Made by a program: the position numbers and the translations under genes
DNA from: Candidatus Latescibacterota bacterium
GTDB taxonomy: Bacteria > Krumholzibacteriota > Krumholzibacteriia > WVZY01 > JAKEHA01
Direction of reading: 5' to 3'
DNA: 64,000 nt
Assembly (NCBI GenBank): GCA_963707635.1
Contig: OY970173.1
Coordinates: 320,001 to 384,000 of the forward strand
The notes under the pieces: model-generated
Told to the model about the DNA's origin: nothing
Seen by the model: the letters and a program-made list of their open reading frames with translations, nothing else
Databases searched by the model: none
Shown here: one piece after another, positions 1 to 10,773 of the stretch
Position numbering within the stretch: position 1 is the first letter of the stretch
Layout: each line of letters starts with the position of its first letter

Positions 1-11
1 ATCGAAAGTGG

Positions 12-275
12 CTACTCTTCGGTCGTGCCGGTGTCTTTGTATTTGTACTTCGCGCGGAAACGCTCGACGCGGCCCGCCGTGTCGACGAACTTGCGCTTAC
101 CGGTGTAGAACGGGTGCGACGCCGACGAAATCTCCATGCGGACCACGAAGTGCTTGACCCCGTCGATGTCGCGGGTCTCGTTGCTCTTCATGGTCGAGCG
201 GGTGACGAACTCGGCGCCGACGCTGGGGTCGACAAAGACCACCGGGTGGTACTGGGGATGGATTTCTTTCTTCAT
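12..275 (-). CDS. rpmE: 50S ribosomal protein L31, type B (Zn-free)
   Basis: 87 aa, MKKEIHPQY...EISSASHPFYTGKRKFVDTAGRVERF is the L31 signature; no CxxC motifs; ATG at 275. Confidence 0.97.
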   Translation of the reverse strand: MKKEIHPQYHPVVFVDPSVGAEFVTRSTMKSNETRDIDGVKHFVVRMEISSASHPFYTGKRKFVDTAGRVERFRAKYKYKDTGTTEE

Positions 276-317
276 GATCCTTCTGGTCTCCTGCCAATCG
301 TGTTTTCGGAAACAAGC

Positions 318-346
318 ATTATAGCCGCTGCCGGGCACGGGCACAA
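318..346 (-). promoter_or_regulatory. sigma70-type promoter for rpmE
   Basis: Minus strand TTGTGC-N17-TATAAT, about 40 nt upstream of the ATG. Confidence 0.65.
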
Positions 347-357
347 GGCCCGCGCGG

Positions 358-1410
358 CTAGCGCAGCTGCTGGTAGCGCGCCAGCGCCTCGGTCGCCTTG
401 TCCTTGTCGCCCAGCTCGCTGTAGCAGCGCGCCAGGTACTGCCAGCCCTTGGGGTCGCTCGGGCTGATGCTCGCGTACTTCTCCCCCCACACCGACGCGT
501 TCCCCCAGTCTTCTTTGGCCATGTTCGCCACCATGAGGTTGAAGACCGTCGAAGGCTCGTCCGGCTGCACACCCAGCGCCTTCTCGTAGTAGCCGATGGC
601 CTCGTCGATCTTCGCCGGGTCTTCCTTGCGCAGGTTGAAATCGGCAACGCCGAGGTTGTAGTACAGATTGAAATCCTCGGACCCGACTTTCGCGCGCGCA
701 TCCGCCGCCATCTTCAGGAACACTTCGGCGCCTTTCCAGTTCTGCTCATTGACCAGGTCGGTCCCGATCTCCTCGATCACCTGGAATTTTGACGGGTCCT
801 CCTGGATCAGGCGGGTGAACCGGGCCACCGCTTCGTCCTCGCGGCCGAGCTCGACGAGCTGGCGCCCGGCGAGCTGTAGCGCCTTGGTGTAGTTCGGATC
901 GGCCGGGGTGGAAAGCGCGAGCACCTTGTCGGCCTCGGCGAGCGACTTCTCGTGGTAGGTCGAATCCGAATCGGCGAGGCGCGAATAGGTGACCGCCAGA
1001 TTGTAGTGGGCGGTGGCCTGGGTCGGGTCCGCCTGGGTCGCCAGACCGAATTCCGTGGCCGCGCTGGCGAAGTCGTCGCGGGCGAACGCATTCTGCGCCA
1101 CCTTATAGTGGCGCGCGTAGTTGCTCGCAACGTTGTCGGCGACGTCGTTCGCTTTCTTCGGGTCGAGCTCCTTCGCCGTCATGAAGTGCTGGTAGGCGAG
1201 GGCCACGCTGTCGAGCTTGCTGTAGGCAAACGCGATCTGGAAGTGCGCCTTGGAGTCCTTCGGGTCCTTCGCCAGCGCCTTCTTGAGAATCACAACCGCT
1301 TCCGGGTACTGGCCGTTCTGATTGTAGATGGTTCCGCTGGTCGTCTCCGTCCCCGCGACCGCCACCGCGGCCCAGATCATCGCCACACCCAAAATCAAAA
1401 ATGTTTTCAT
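358..1410 (-). CDS. Exported tetratricopeptide-repeat protein (paralogue B, cleavable signal peptide)
   Basis: MKTFLILGVAMIWAAVAVA signal; repeated TPR motifs (AHFQIAFAY, AHYNLAVTY, LYYNLGVA, GWQYLARCY). Start may instead be the ATG at 1419. Confidence 0.85.
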   Translation of the reverse strand: MKTFLILGVAMIWAAVAVAGTETTSGTIYNQNGQYPEAVVILKKALAKDPKDSKAHFQIAFAYSKLDSVALAYQHFMTAKELDPKKANDVADNVASNYARHYKVAQNAFARDDFASAATEFGLATQADPTQATAHYNLAVTYSRLADSDSTYHEKSLAEADKVLALSTPADPNYTKALQLAGRQLVELGREDEAVARFTRLIQEDPSKFQVIEEIGTDLVNEQNWKGAEVFLKMAADARAKVGSEDFNLYYNLGVADFNLRKEDPAKIDEAIGYYEKALGVQPDEPSTVFNLMVANMAKEDWGNASVWGEKYASISPSDPKGWQYLARCYSELGDKDKATEALARYQQLR

Positions 1411-1510
1411 AGTGCCCATAATATAACCCTCCGGTGCCTGTCTGGCAAAGAGGCCCCACCTGGGGTGGGCGGGGCCCCTTCCCTGCACTACGGCGCGTTG
1501 CCGTAGCCCC

Positions 1511-2758
<1,248 letters not shown>

Positions 2759-2992
2759 TCGCTTTGCTCCTAGTGACACGATAGGTGGGTCGGGCTTATG
2801 AACCGCCCGATAGGGTGAGGGTTAACGGCTGCTAACGGTGGTTACAACCCCGTCCTGGATTGAATGCCTTGTCGCCACTTCCGGCGCGGATTGATAGTTG
2901 TCGGGAGTTCGTGCAATCGATTCGATAGCAAGGGTCTGCGCGCTCGCGGTGCTGCCGGCGCGCCCCTGGCCGCGCCGCCCGGAGGCGGACGC

Positions 2993-3008
2993 AGCAAGTC
3001 GCGTTCCA
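2993..3008 (-). promoter_or_regulatory. Candidate sigma54 (-24/-12) promoter upstream of rho
   Basis: Minus strand TGGAACG-CGAC-TTGCT against consensus TGGCACG-N4-TTGCW. Confidence 0.4.
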
Positions 3009-3051
3009 CAACCCTGGCCGCGCGTTCTGTTCACTGGTTCCTATTTGCCGG

Positions 3052-4113
3052 TCAGCGCAACTGTTCGTAGCGCGCCAGGGCCTCTCGCGCTTTTTCCTTG
3101 TCGCCCAGCTCGCTGTAGCAGCGCGCCAGGTACTGCCACCCCTTGGCGTCGGCGGAGCTGACACTGACGTACTTCTCTCCCCAGCTCGCCGCGTTACCCC
3201 AGTCTTCCTTCGCCATGTACGCGACTTGAATATTGAACACGGTGGATGCGTCGTCGGGCGTGATCGCGAGCGCTTTCTCGTAACTGGCGATGGCTTCGTC
3301 GATCATCGCCGGGTTTTGCGCCCGCAGCCGGTACTGCGCGACACCAAGGTTGTAGTACGTGTTGAAGTCCTCGACGCCCGCCTTCTTGCGCGCATCCGCC
3401 GCCAGCTTGAGAAAAACCGCCGCGCCCTTCCAATTCTCCGCGTTCAACAACTCCGTCCCGATTTCCTCGATCACCGCGAAACTGGTCGGGTCCTCCTCGA
3501 CCAGACGGCTGAAGCGGTTGACAGCTTCGCTCTCGCGGCCCAGCTCGACGAGCTGGCGGCCGGCGAGCTGCAGCGCCTTGGTATAATTGCCCTCGCTCGG
3601 GTTCGAAAGCTCCAGCACTTTGTCGGCCTCGACGAGCGCCTTCTCGTGATACGTCGAGTCCGTCTCCGCCAGTCTCGCATACGCGACCGCCAGGTTGTAG
3701 TGCGCCGTCGCTTGCGTGGGATCGGCTTGGGTCGCCAGACCGAACTCGGTGGCCGCCGCCGCGAAGTCCTCGCGGGTGAACGAACTCTGCCCGAGCTTGT
3801 AGTGCTTCGCGTAGTTGTGCTGGATGTTGTCTGCTACGTTGGTCGCCTTCTTGGGATCCAGTTCCTTCGCCTTCATGAAGTGCTCGTAGGCGAGGGCCAC
3901 GCTGTCGAGCTGCGAATACGCGTATCCCATCTGAAAATGCGCCTCGGCGTCGTTCGGGTTGGCAGCCAGCGCCTTGCGCCCCAGAGCCAACGCCATGTCG
4001 TAGTTGCCCTCCTGGTTGCGCAGCACCATGCTGGTGGTGTCGACCGACTTGCAGCCGGCCAAGGCTGCCACGGCGAGCGCGCCGAACACCAGGAAAGACC
4101 GCATACGCTTCAT
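3052..4113 (-). CDS. Tetratricopeptide-repeat lipoprotein (paralogue A)
   Basis: MKRMRSFLVFGALAVAALAG-C lipobox; TPR repeats; colinear with and highly similar to 358..1410. Confidence 0.88.
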   Translation of the reverse strand: MKRMRSFLVFGALAVAALAGCKSVDTTSMVLRNQEGNYDMALALGRKALAANPNDAEAHFQMGYAYSQLDSVALAYEHFMKAKELDPKKATNVADNIQHNYAKHYKLGQSSFTREDFAAAATEFGLATQADPTQATAHYNLAVAYARLAETDSTYHEKALVEADKVLELSNPSEGNYTKALQLAGRQLVELGRESEAVNRFSRLVEEDPTSFAVIEEIGTELLNAENWKGAAVFLKLAADARKKAGVEDFNTYYNLGVAQYRLRAQNPAMIDEAIASYEKALAITPDDASTVFNIQVAYMAKEDWGNAASWGEKYVSVSSADAKGWQYLARCYSELGDKEKAREALARYEQLR

Positions 4114-4327
4114 CGACCTGCCCTCCACGGCGCAGGCAAACCAGGGCCGCGTCGGACCCGGCCAGAACCATCACTCAACGGTTGTTTTCAGAGCAACCCA
4201 TTCCCGCGGGTTGAAGAGGCGCTAGTAATCTCTTGATGATTATCCCGGGCCGCCCGATCTATTTGGGCGCCGCCGAGGTGGGTCGTAGTGGATCCATGCA
4301 CCGGGGATGGACCTGTCGTACGCCCTC

Positions 4328-4356
4328 ATTAAACGAGACGCGGCAGCCACTGTCAA
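4328..4356 (-). promoter_or_regulatory. sigma70-type promoter for the TPR lipoprotein gene (possibly reading into rho)
   Basis: Minus strand TTGACA-N17-TTTAAT. Confidence 0.7.
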
Positions 4357-4426
4357 GGCGTATTTTCCCTGCCCCGAGTGCCTCAACCGCGAATGGCAAC
4401 AGATGTTAGGCGTGTGGCGCAGATCC

Positions 4427-4522
4427 GGGGCGGGACGCAGCTTCCTGCTTCGCTCAGGTCCTCGCGCGCGACAGTTGGAAGCGCGCCTGCGGATTCGCTC
4501 CGCAGGAACTGCGTCCCGCCCC
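4427..4522 (+). repeat. Dispersed structured palindromic element, copy A
   Basis: Outer stem ggggcgggacgcag-c-ttcctgc / gcaggaa-ctgcgtcccgcccc encloses core ttcgctcaggtcctcgcgcgcgacagttggaagcgcgcctgcggattcgctcc. Confidence 0.85.
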
Positions 4523-4526
4523 CCCT

Positions 4527-6782
4527 TTAGAGGAAGGATTCAGGGTCCACGTCCCAGCGAAGCTCGATCGTCCGGGTGCCCTTGCGCTTTTCGATCAGGC
4601 GCCGATACGCGCCCAGGACCGCGTCCTTGTCCGCCTGCGCGATCGGTCCCTTCAGGAGCATCTGCTCCCGGTACCGGTTCTTGACGCGCGGGATCAACGG
4701 CGCGGTCGGCCCGAGGACGACGACGCGCCGCTCGGCCAGCAGCTGCCGGCTCGCCGCCGCCCATTCTTCCATGAAGGCGTTGAGCAGCTCCGCGCTGACG
4801 GCGCTGCACGACGCCATCACGATGCGCGCGAAGGGTGGATAGTTCAGCGTGCGTCGCACCTCCAGCTCTTCGGTCATGAACGCGTCATAGTCGTGCGACT
4901 GCAGGTAGCGAAAAACCGGGTGATCGGGGCAATACGACTGGATGATGACGCCGCCCAGCGGCCCGCCTCGCCCGGAACGGCCCGCCACCTGGGTCAGCTG
5001 CTGGAAGGTGCGTTCGGCGGAACGAAAGTCGGGAAAATTGAGCCCTTCCTCCGCGCTCACCACCCCCACCAGCTCGACGCCCGGAAAATGGTGGCCCTTC
5101 GTGACCATCTGCGTCCCGAGCAGAATCGGATACTGCCCGGTGCTGAAGTCCTCCAGAATGCGGCGGTGGCCGTCCTTGCCCGCGGTGGTGTCGGCGTCCA
5201 TGCGCAGCACGGCGACGCCGGGCAGCAACGCCTTCAATTCCAGCTCGACGCGCTGGGTGCCGGTACCTGCGTAGCGGAGCTGGCGGCTTGCGCAGGTGTC
5301 GCACTGCGCGGGCGAGGCGCGCTCGTAGCCGCACAGGTGGCACTTCAGACGGTCGCCCACGCGGTGGAAGGTGAGCGAGACGTCGCAATTCTTGCACATC
5401 GCCAGCCATCCGCACGCGCTGCACTGCACGTAGCGCGCGTGCCCCCGCTTGTTGAGAAAGACGATGCTCTGCTTGCCGCTGCGAATGGTCCGCTCGAGCC
5501 GTTCGACCAGGCGCGGGGAGAGGACCGTGCCGCGCGCGTCCGGCTCGCGCATGTCGACCAGTTCGATCTCCGGCAGCGCTCCTCCGCCCACGCGCTCCGG
5601 CATGCGCGCGAGCTGGTATTTTTTCTCGAGCGCGTGGCGCAGCGATTCCGCGGACGGGGTTGCCGAACCGAGCAGCACGGTCAGCTTTTCGTTGCGTCCG
5701 CGGACCAGCGCGACGCTGCGTGCGTGATACCTCGGCTTGTCGTCCTGCTTGTACGACTCGTCCTGCTCTTCGTCCACGATGATGAGACGGAGGTCGCGCA
5801 CCGGGCTGAACACCGCCGAGCGCGGCCCCACCACCACCCGGTTCTCTCCGCGCACGATGCGCTCCCAGATCTCGAAACGTTCCGGACCGGTGAGCCGGCT
5901 GTGGATGATGGCGACGAGGTCCCCGAACACCCGCCGGTAGCGGGCGGTGGCCTGCGGCAACAGCCCGATTTCGGGCACCAGCACGATGCACCCGCCGCCC
6001 TCGTCGAGCGCGTGGCGCGCCGCGCGCAGATACACTTCCGTCTTGCCGCTCCCGGTGACGCCGTGGATCAGGGTGGGGCGAAATTCGCGCGCGCGCAGCG
6101 CGTCGACCACGGTAGCCAGCGTTCGCGTCTGCGCGCCGGTCAACTGCTCGACGCGGGTCTCCAGGCTATCGAGCGGCGACGACGACGCAACCGCGTCGAT
6201 GCGCAGCATCCCGCGCGCAACCATCCCGTCGAGAATCTCGCGCGCGTAGCCCCACTCGCCGAGCACCACCGGAACCGGCGCTTCTCCGCCGGCGCTGAGC
6301 AGCTCGGTGAGGAGGGCGAGCTGGCGCCGGGCGCGCGCCAGTGTGCGCTGCGCGGCGGCATACGCCTCGCTTCCCTCTCCGCCCGAGCGTAGCTCCAGGT
6401 TCGACACGCTCACGATCCCGGTCGGCTTCGCCGTCACCTTCGTGCGGCGGAGGCTCGGCGGGAGCACCGCCTGCACCGCCTCGCCGATGGAGCACCCGTA
6501 GTACGAAGCGATCCAGCGCGCCAGCTCGAGCAGCGTCGCCGGGAGGTAGGTCTCCTGCAGTTCTCGAATGGGACGAATGCGGGGGACATCGGCCGCTTCG
6601 GTCAGGGCGACGACCACGCCGCTCATCGCGCGCTTGCCGAAGGGAACGTCGACGCGGCAACCGACGAACACGCGCCCCGCGAGGGCGTCGGGGATCTCGT
6701 AGGTGAACGGCTGGTCGACGGGAATCGGGAGGACGACGCGCGCATAACGCGGCGTCGACGTCACCAGGAGATCAAGCGTCAT
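4527..6782 (-). CDS. priA: Primosomal protein N' (replication restart helicase)
   Basis: HGVTGSGKTEVY, LVPEIGL, IIVDEEQD, GSATPS, two Cys-rich Zn motifs, GTQMVTKGHHFP, QVAGRSGR. Confidence 0.98.
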   Translation of the reverse strand: MTLDLLVTSTPRYARVVLPIPVDQPFTYEIPDALAGRVFVGCRVDVPFGKRAMSGVVVALTEAADVPRIRPIRELQETYLPATLLELARWIASYYGCSIGEAVQAVLPPSLRRTKVTAKPTGIVSVSNLELRSGGEGSEAYAAAQRTLARARRQLALLTELLSAGGEAPVPVVLGEWGYAREILDGMVARGMLRIDAVASSSPLDSLETRVEQLTGAQTRTLATVVDALRAREFRPTLIHGVTGSGKTEVYLRAARHALDEGGGCIVLVPEIGLLPQATARYRRVFGDLVAIIHSRLTGPERFEIWERIVRGENRVVVGPRSAVFSPVRDLRLIIVDEEQDESYKQDDKPRYHARSVALVRGRNEKLTVLLGSATPSAESLRHALEKKYQLARMPERVGGGALPEIELVDMREPDARGTVLSPRLVERLERTIRSGKQSIVFLNKRGHARYVQCSACGWLAMCKNCDVSLTFHRVGDRLKCHLCGYERASPAQCDTCASRQLRYAGTGTQRVELELKALLPGVAVLRMDADTTAGKDGHRRILEDFSTGQYPILLGTQMVTKGHHFPGVELVGVVSAEEGLNFPDFRSAERTFQQLTQVAGRSGRGGPLGGVIIQSYCPDHPVFRYLQSHDYDAFMTEELEVRRTLNYPPFARIVMASCSAVSAELLNAFMEEWAAASRQLLAERRVVVLGPTAPLIPRVKNRYREQMLLKGPIAQADKDAVLGAYRRLIEKRKGTRTIELRWDVDPESFL

Positions 6783-6812
6783 GCGGTGGAGTATACACCG
6801 TGTGGGGAGGCA

Positions 6813-6905
6813 AGGTGGGATGCACTCCCTCTGCCGCCGTCCTCCCGCGCAGGTTGTTGAAATGCGCGACTGCGGATTGGCGGTGCGAGGGAGTGCATCC
6901 CACCT
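6813..6905 (+). repeat. Dispersed structured palindromic element, divergent copy D
   Basis: Perfect 19-bp outer stem aggtgggatgcactccctc / gagggagtgcatcccacct around core gtcctcccgcgcaggttgttgaaatgcgcgactgcggatt. Confidence 0.75.
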
Positions 6906-6907
6906 CG

Positions 6908-7003
6908 GGCAGGCGATATATCGGGCGAGCGCGATTTCGCGAGTCGCGCATACCAGCGTGTACGCGCGAGCGCATGAGCGCGGAGTCCGATATGTCGCCT
7001 GCC
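6908..7003 (+). repeat. Second long hairpin adjacent to copy D
   Basis: 18-bp outer stem ggcaggcgatatatcggg / tccgatatgtcgcctgcc with two G-T wobbles; inner cgcgcatac-cagc-gtgtacgcg hairpin. Confidence 0.6.
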
Positions 7004-7032
7004 GCGCACGCGCGCGAACATGGGGAAGCGAA

Positions 7033-7410
7033 CTACTTGCGAACGCCGAGGATCTCCTGGATGCGATCGATCAGGCGGCTCGGGCTGAACGGCTTCACGA
7101 TGTAATCCACCGCGCCGACCTCGTACCCCAGGCGCTTGTCGAGGTCCCGTCCCTTGGCCGTGAGCAACACCACCGGGATGTTCTTCGTGTCGGGGTCGCG
7201 TTTCAGGCGGCGGCACGTCTCGTAGCCGTCGAGGACCGGCATCATGACGTCCAGCACGACCAGGTTCGGCCGTTCTTGCTTCGCCTTTTCGATGGCGAGC
7301 TCGCCGTTGTTGGCCGTGATCACCTCGAAGCCTTCCGCGCCCAGGCTGAAATCCAGGATGTGCAGAATGTACACCTCGTCGTCGACTACCAAAATCTTCC
7401 CGAGCGCCAT
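7033..7410 (-). CDS. Single-domain response regulator (REC)
   Basis: ILVVDDE, LVVLDVMMP (phospho-Asp), LLTA, YIVKPF; 125 aa. Confidence 0.95.
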   Translation of the reverse strand: MALGKILVVDDEVYILHILDFSLGAEGFEVITANNGELAIEKAKQERPNLVVLDVMMPVLDGYETCRRLKRDPDTKNIPVVLLTAKGRDLDKRLGYEVGAVDYIVKPFSPSRLIDRIQEILGVRK

Positions 7411-7440
7411 GCCAGTCCTCCTTGCAAACGTCTCTCGCCC

Positions 7441-10400
7441 TTAGCGAACCAATGGATCGAGTTCCGCCGGTCCTTCGACCTGCGGGTACTCGCTCTGGAA
7501 TTTCTCCGCGTGCCGTTGCACCGCTGCCACGAACGCTTCGACCACCTTCGGGTCGAAGAGCGTGCCCGCGCGGTGTCGAAGCACCTCGACAGCCTCGTTC
7601 ACGCTGTATTGCTTCTGGTACGGCCGGTGCGAAATCAGCGCCCGGAACGTATCCGCCACCCGGATGATGCGCGCGTCCATCGGGATCTCGTCGCCCGACA
7701 ACTTGCCCGGGTATCCGCTGCCGTCGTAATTCTCGTGGTGGTAGAGCACGGCGTCGCGCACGCGCGGAATGAACTCGATCGGCCGGAGCATGTCCGTGCC
7801 GACGATCGTGTGCTGCTCGACGCTGAAGCGATCCTCGTGTGTCAACTCGCGCGGCTGGTTGATGATGTTCTGGCCCACCTTTGCCAGCCCGAGGTCGTAC
7901 ACGTTGAACACGTAGCGCAGGGTCGCGTTCTCCTCGGCGCTCATCCCGAGCGTCTCGGCTACGTCGCGCAGCGCGAGCGAAAGCGCGTCGGCGTTGCGAG
8001 CGTTGACGTACCGCTTGGCGTCCAGAATCGACTTGAAGGTCGAGCGGACGTCTTCGAACTCGCGCGAGCGCTCCTTGAAACGTGACAACGCGTCGAGGGC
8101 CAGCACCACGCGATCCGCGAAGAGTTCCAGCAGCGCGTGGTCCGCGTCGTCCAGGGTGTCGCGGCCGACCGGGTCGGTCACGTTGATCACGCCGACCACC
8201 CGACCGTCCTTGCGCACCGGCACCGAGAGGAACGACTTCGATTCGTAGCGGCGCACGCCGGCCACGTCGCGCAGTCGACGGTCGTGCCCGACGTCGCGCA
8301 CGAGGCAGGCGTTGTTTTCCTGCGCCACCAGCCCGGCGACGGACTCGCCCAGCTTGACTCGCGCGTGCTGCACGACGTCTTCGTCGAGGCCGATGGCGGT
8401 GTCGATGCGCAGCTCGTGGCCGTCGCCGTCGACCATCATGAGCGACGCGCGCTTGACGTTGAGCAGCTCCGCGATCAGTTCGACCACGAGTTCCATGTAC
8501 CGCTCCACCTCGAAGCGACGCGTGGGCACGTAGTCGCTCAAGAGCTCGCTGCGCACGACCGCCTGCTTCTTCGGGACCACCACCACGAAGCGCGCGCCCT
8601 TGCCGGACACGTTTTCCACCCAGATGCGGCCGTCGTGCCATTCCACGATGTTCTTGCAGATTGCCAGCCCGATGCCGGTGCCGCCGTGCCGCCGCGTCGT
8701 GCCGCCGTCCGCCTGGTGGAAATGATCGAATATCTTCTCGATCTGGTCTTCCGGAATCCCGATGCCGTTGTCCTCCACGATGATCCGCGCGCTCACGACC
8801 TCGTCTTCGAGGCGCACCCAGACCTTGCCGCCCTCGGGCGTGAACTTGGAGGCGTTGTGCAGCAAATTGATGACGAGCTGCTTCATCAGGTCGCGCTCCG
8901 CACGCACCTTGACTTCGGTCGGCGGGAGCTGCGCGTGGAGCGTGATGTGTTTGCTCTCGAAGTTCTTTTCCAGCTCGTTGGCCGCGATCGACACGATCTC
9001 GTTGAGGCTGCACGACGTGCGCTCGAAGCGCACCGCCCCGGACTCCATCTGCGAGAAGTCGAGAATGTCCTCGATCAGTGACATGAGCCGGTTGCTTTCC
9101 TCTTCGATGACGATGAGAAACTCCTTCATGATCGGCCGGTCAATCGACTCCGCGTTCCGAAGCAGGGTCTCGCAGTAGGCCTTGATGGACGTGAGCGGCG
9201 TGCGGAATTCGTGCGAGATGGTCGCCACGAAGTTCGACTTCATCTTGTTGAGCCCCGAGAGCTTTTCTGCGTATTGCTTCAGCTTCTCGTTCTTTTCCCC
9301 CACCTCGCGGTACCGGTTCAGATTGCGAATGGCGATGGTCGCCAGGGTGGAGATGGTTTCGAGCGTGTCGATGACTTCCACCACCGAGCGTTCGGGGTCT
9401 TCCGGCTCCTCGACCGAAATGTATCCAATGGTCGCCTCACCGGCGTCGTCGTCGACGAGCGGCACGATCAGGCGCTCGACATCGACCCAGTGGTCCTGCA
9501 CCAGTTCGGGCGCCCGCTCGTCTCCCGCCGCTCCCGACGCCGGGGGTGCGGCGGGCAGGAAGTAGCTCCGGCTCACGCGGAAGCGCGGCTCGATCATCAT
9601 TTCGTACTCGGCCAGCGAGATGCGGTGATTCATGACCGCGTCCTGCGCCTCGAGATTCAAGCCGACGTACGCCTTGGGCTCGAAACTCTGGGTGCGCTCG
9701 TTCAGCACGCGAATGATCACCGAATCGAATCCGAGACTTTCCCGCACCAGTTCCGCCACCATCTGCAGGAGTTCCTTCACGTTCTTGTGCTGCTGGATAC
9801 GGATGCCGATTTCTAGCATGCGCTCCAGATCTTCCACCTGCCGTCGCAGCGCGCGCGAATGGTCGTGCTGCCGGCGAATCATCGAGCTGGAGTCCTCGTA
9901 CATATCCGAAGCCACCCGGTTCAGAAGCGTCAGCTCCGCGCGCGCCTGTTCGGCCTCGCGGCCGGTGTCCTGCACCTCGTGACGCAGTCGCGAACCCAGG
10001 ACGATGTAATTCGTCTGCAGCGACAGGAGGCCCGCCACCAGCGCGAGAATGTCGGTTATCTGCGCGGCCTTGATCAGGGTGGCCGCCGAAGGGCCGCCCG
10101 CCGCGCCGGCCGCCACCACGAACAGCCACGACGCGGTGAGCGCGCTGGTCAGCACGAACAGCGCCGAGCGCACTTCCTTGCCCGCTGACCGCGCGACCAG
10201 AAAGAGCGCGCCGCTCACCCTCACCGTCGCGCCCAGCGTGATCGCGGCGAGGAATCCGAGCCAGGTGAACTTCACGCCGCTGGCCTGCGGAACCACCGCG
10301 TATGCCAGCCCGCCGATCAGGCCGAATACGACCGCCTGGTAGCGCGCGGAGCGCCATTCGTCGTAGTGCGTGCGCGGCGCCGGCGTCCCTTCTTCTTCCC

Positions 10401-10746
10401 CCGGGTGGTCCGTCTCGCGCGGCGCGCGATTCCGAGCGCGCTCAGCGTCGATACCGCGGGGAAGGCATTCGGCCGCGAGGTAGAGGCAGACCAGATTCAT
10501 CAGCACGAAGAGAAACGGCGCACCCGTGTGCTCGTTGACCATGGAGCCGGTGAACACCACCACCGCGATGCGGCTGGTGATGAATGCGAGCGTCGCGAGC
10601 GTGCGCTCGAAGAACCCGGCCGAGCTGGTGGTGATGGACTCCCGCCACAGCGTCAGCAGCACGACGGTGACGAGCACGCTGAAGAGCGCGATATAGGTGG
10701 TCGGCGAGCCGCCACCCTGGATCTGCGCAAAGAACGCCTGCGTCAT
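7441..10746 (-). CDS. Membrane hybrid signalling protein: TM region-GAF-HisKA-HATPase-GAF-HD-GYP (degenerate)
   Basis: Hydrophobic N-terminus; SHEFRTPLTSI H-box; NLLHNASKF, DNGIGI, GTGIGL; GAF (FLSVPVRKDGRVVGVINV); HHENYDGSGYP, but HD is replaced by YD. Confidence 0.9.
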   Translation of the reverse strand: MTQAFFAQIQGGGSPTTYIALFSVLVTVVLLTLWRESITTSSAGFFERTLATLAFITSRIAVVVFTGSMVNEHTGAPFLFVLMNLVCLYLAAECLPRGIDAERARNRAPRETDHPGEEEGTPAPRTHYDEWRSARYQAVVFGLIGGLAYAVVPQASGVKFTWLGFLAAITLGATVRVSGALFLVARSAGKEVRSALFVLTSALTASWLFVVAAGAAGGPSAATLIKAAQITDILALVAGLLSLQTNYIVLGSRLRHEVQDTGREAEQARAELTLLNRVASDMYEDSSSMIRRQHDHSRALRRQVEDLERMLEIGIRIQQHKNVKELLQMVAELVRESLGFDSVIIRVLNERTQSFEPKAYVGLNLEAQDAVMNHRISLAEYEMMIEPRFRVSRSYFLPAAPPASGAAGDERAPELVQDHWVDVERLIVPLVDDDAGEATIGYISVEEPEDPERSVVEVIDTLETISTLATIAIRNLNRYREVGEKNEKLKQYAEKLSGLNKMKSNFVATISHEFRTPLTSIKAYCETLLRNAESIDRPIMKEFLIVIEEESNRLMSLIEDILDFSQMESGAVRFERTSCSLNEIVSIAANELEKNFESKHITLHAQLPPTEVKVRAERDLMKQLVINLLHNASKFTPEGGKVWVRLEDEVVSARIIVEDNGIGIPEDQIEKIFDHFHQADGGTTRRHGGTGIGLAICKNIVEWHDGRIWVENVSGKGARFVVVVPKKQAVVRSELLSDYVPTRRFEVERYMELVVELIAELLNVKRASLMMVDGDGHELRIDTAIGLDEDVVQHARVKLGESVAGLVAQENNACLVRDVGHDRRLRDVAGVRRYESKSFLSVPVRKDGRVVGVINVTDPVGRDTLDDADHALLELFADRVVLALDALSRFKERSREFEDVRSTFKSILDAKRYVNARNADALSLALRDVAETLGMSAEENATLRYVFNVYDLGLAKVGQNIINQPRELTHEDRFSVEQHTIVGTDMLRPIEFIPRVRDAVLYHHENYDGSGYPGKLSGDEIPMDARIIRVADTFRALISHRPYQKQYSVNEAVEVLRHRAGTLFDPKVVEAFVAAVQRHAEKFQSEYPQVEGPAELDPLVR

Positions 10747-10773
10747 GTCGTACCGCCGTGCCCGTCGCTGCGC

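Noticed and set aside
12..701. 229-aa N-terminally extended L31
   Set aside because: The extension is an off-frame reading of the TPR gene; a promoter at 318-346 and family length support the ATG at 275.
4427..6905. priA flanked by repeats as a composite transposon
   Set aside because: No transposase; the flanking copies have different termini, no target-site duplication is evident, and priA is a core gene.
6779..9013. 744-aa minus-strand ORF overlapping the hybrid kinase and receiver
   Set aside because: Alternative-frame ORF with low-complexity R/G/A composition; the overlapping frames carry clear domains.
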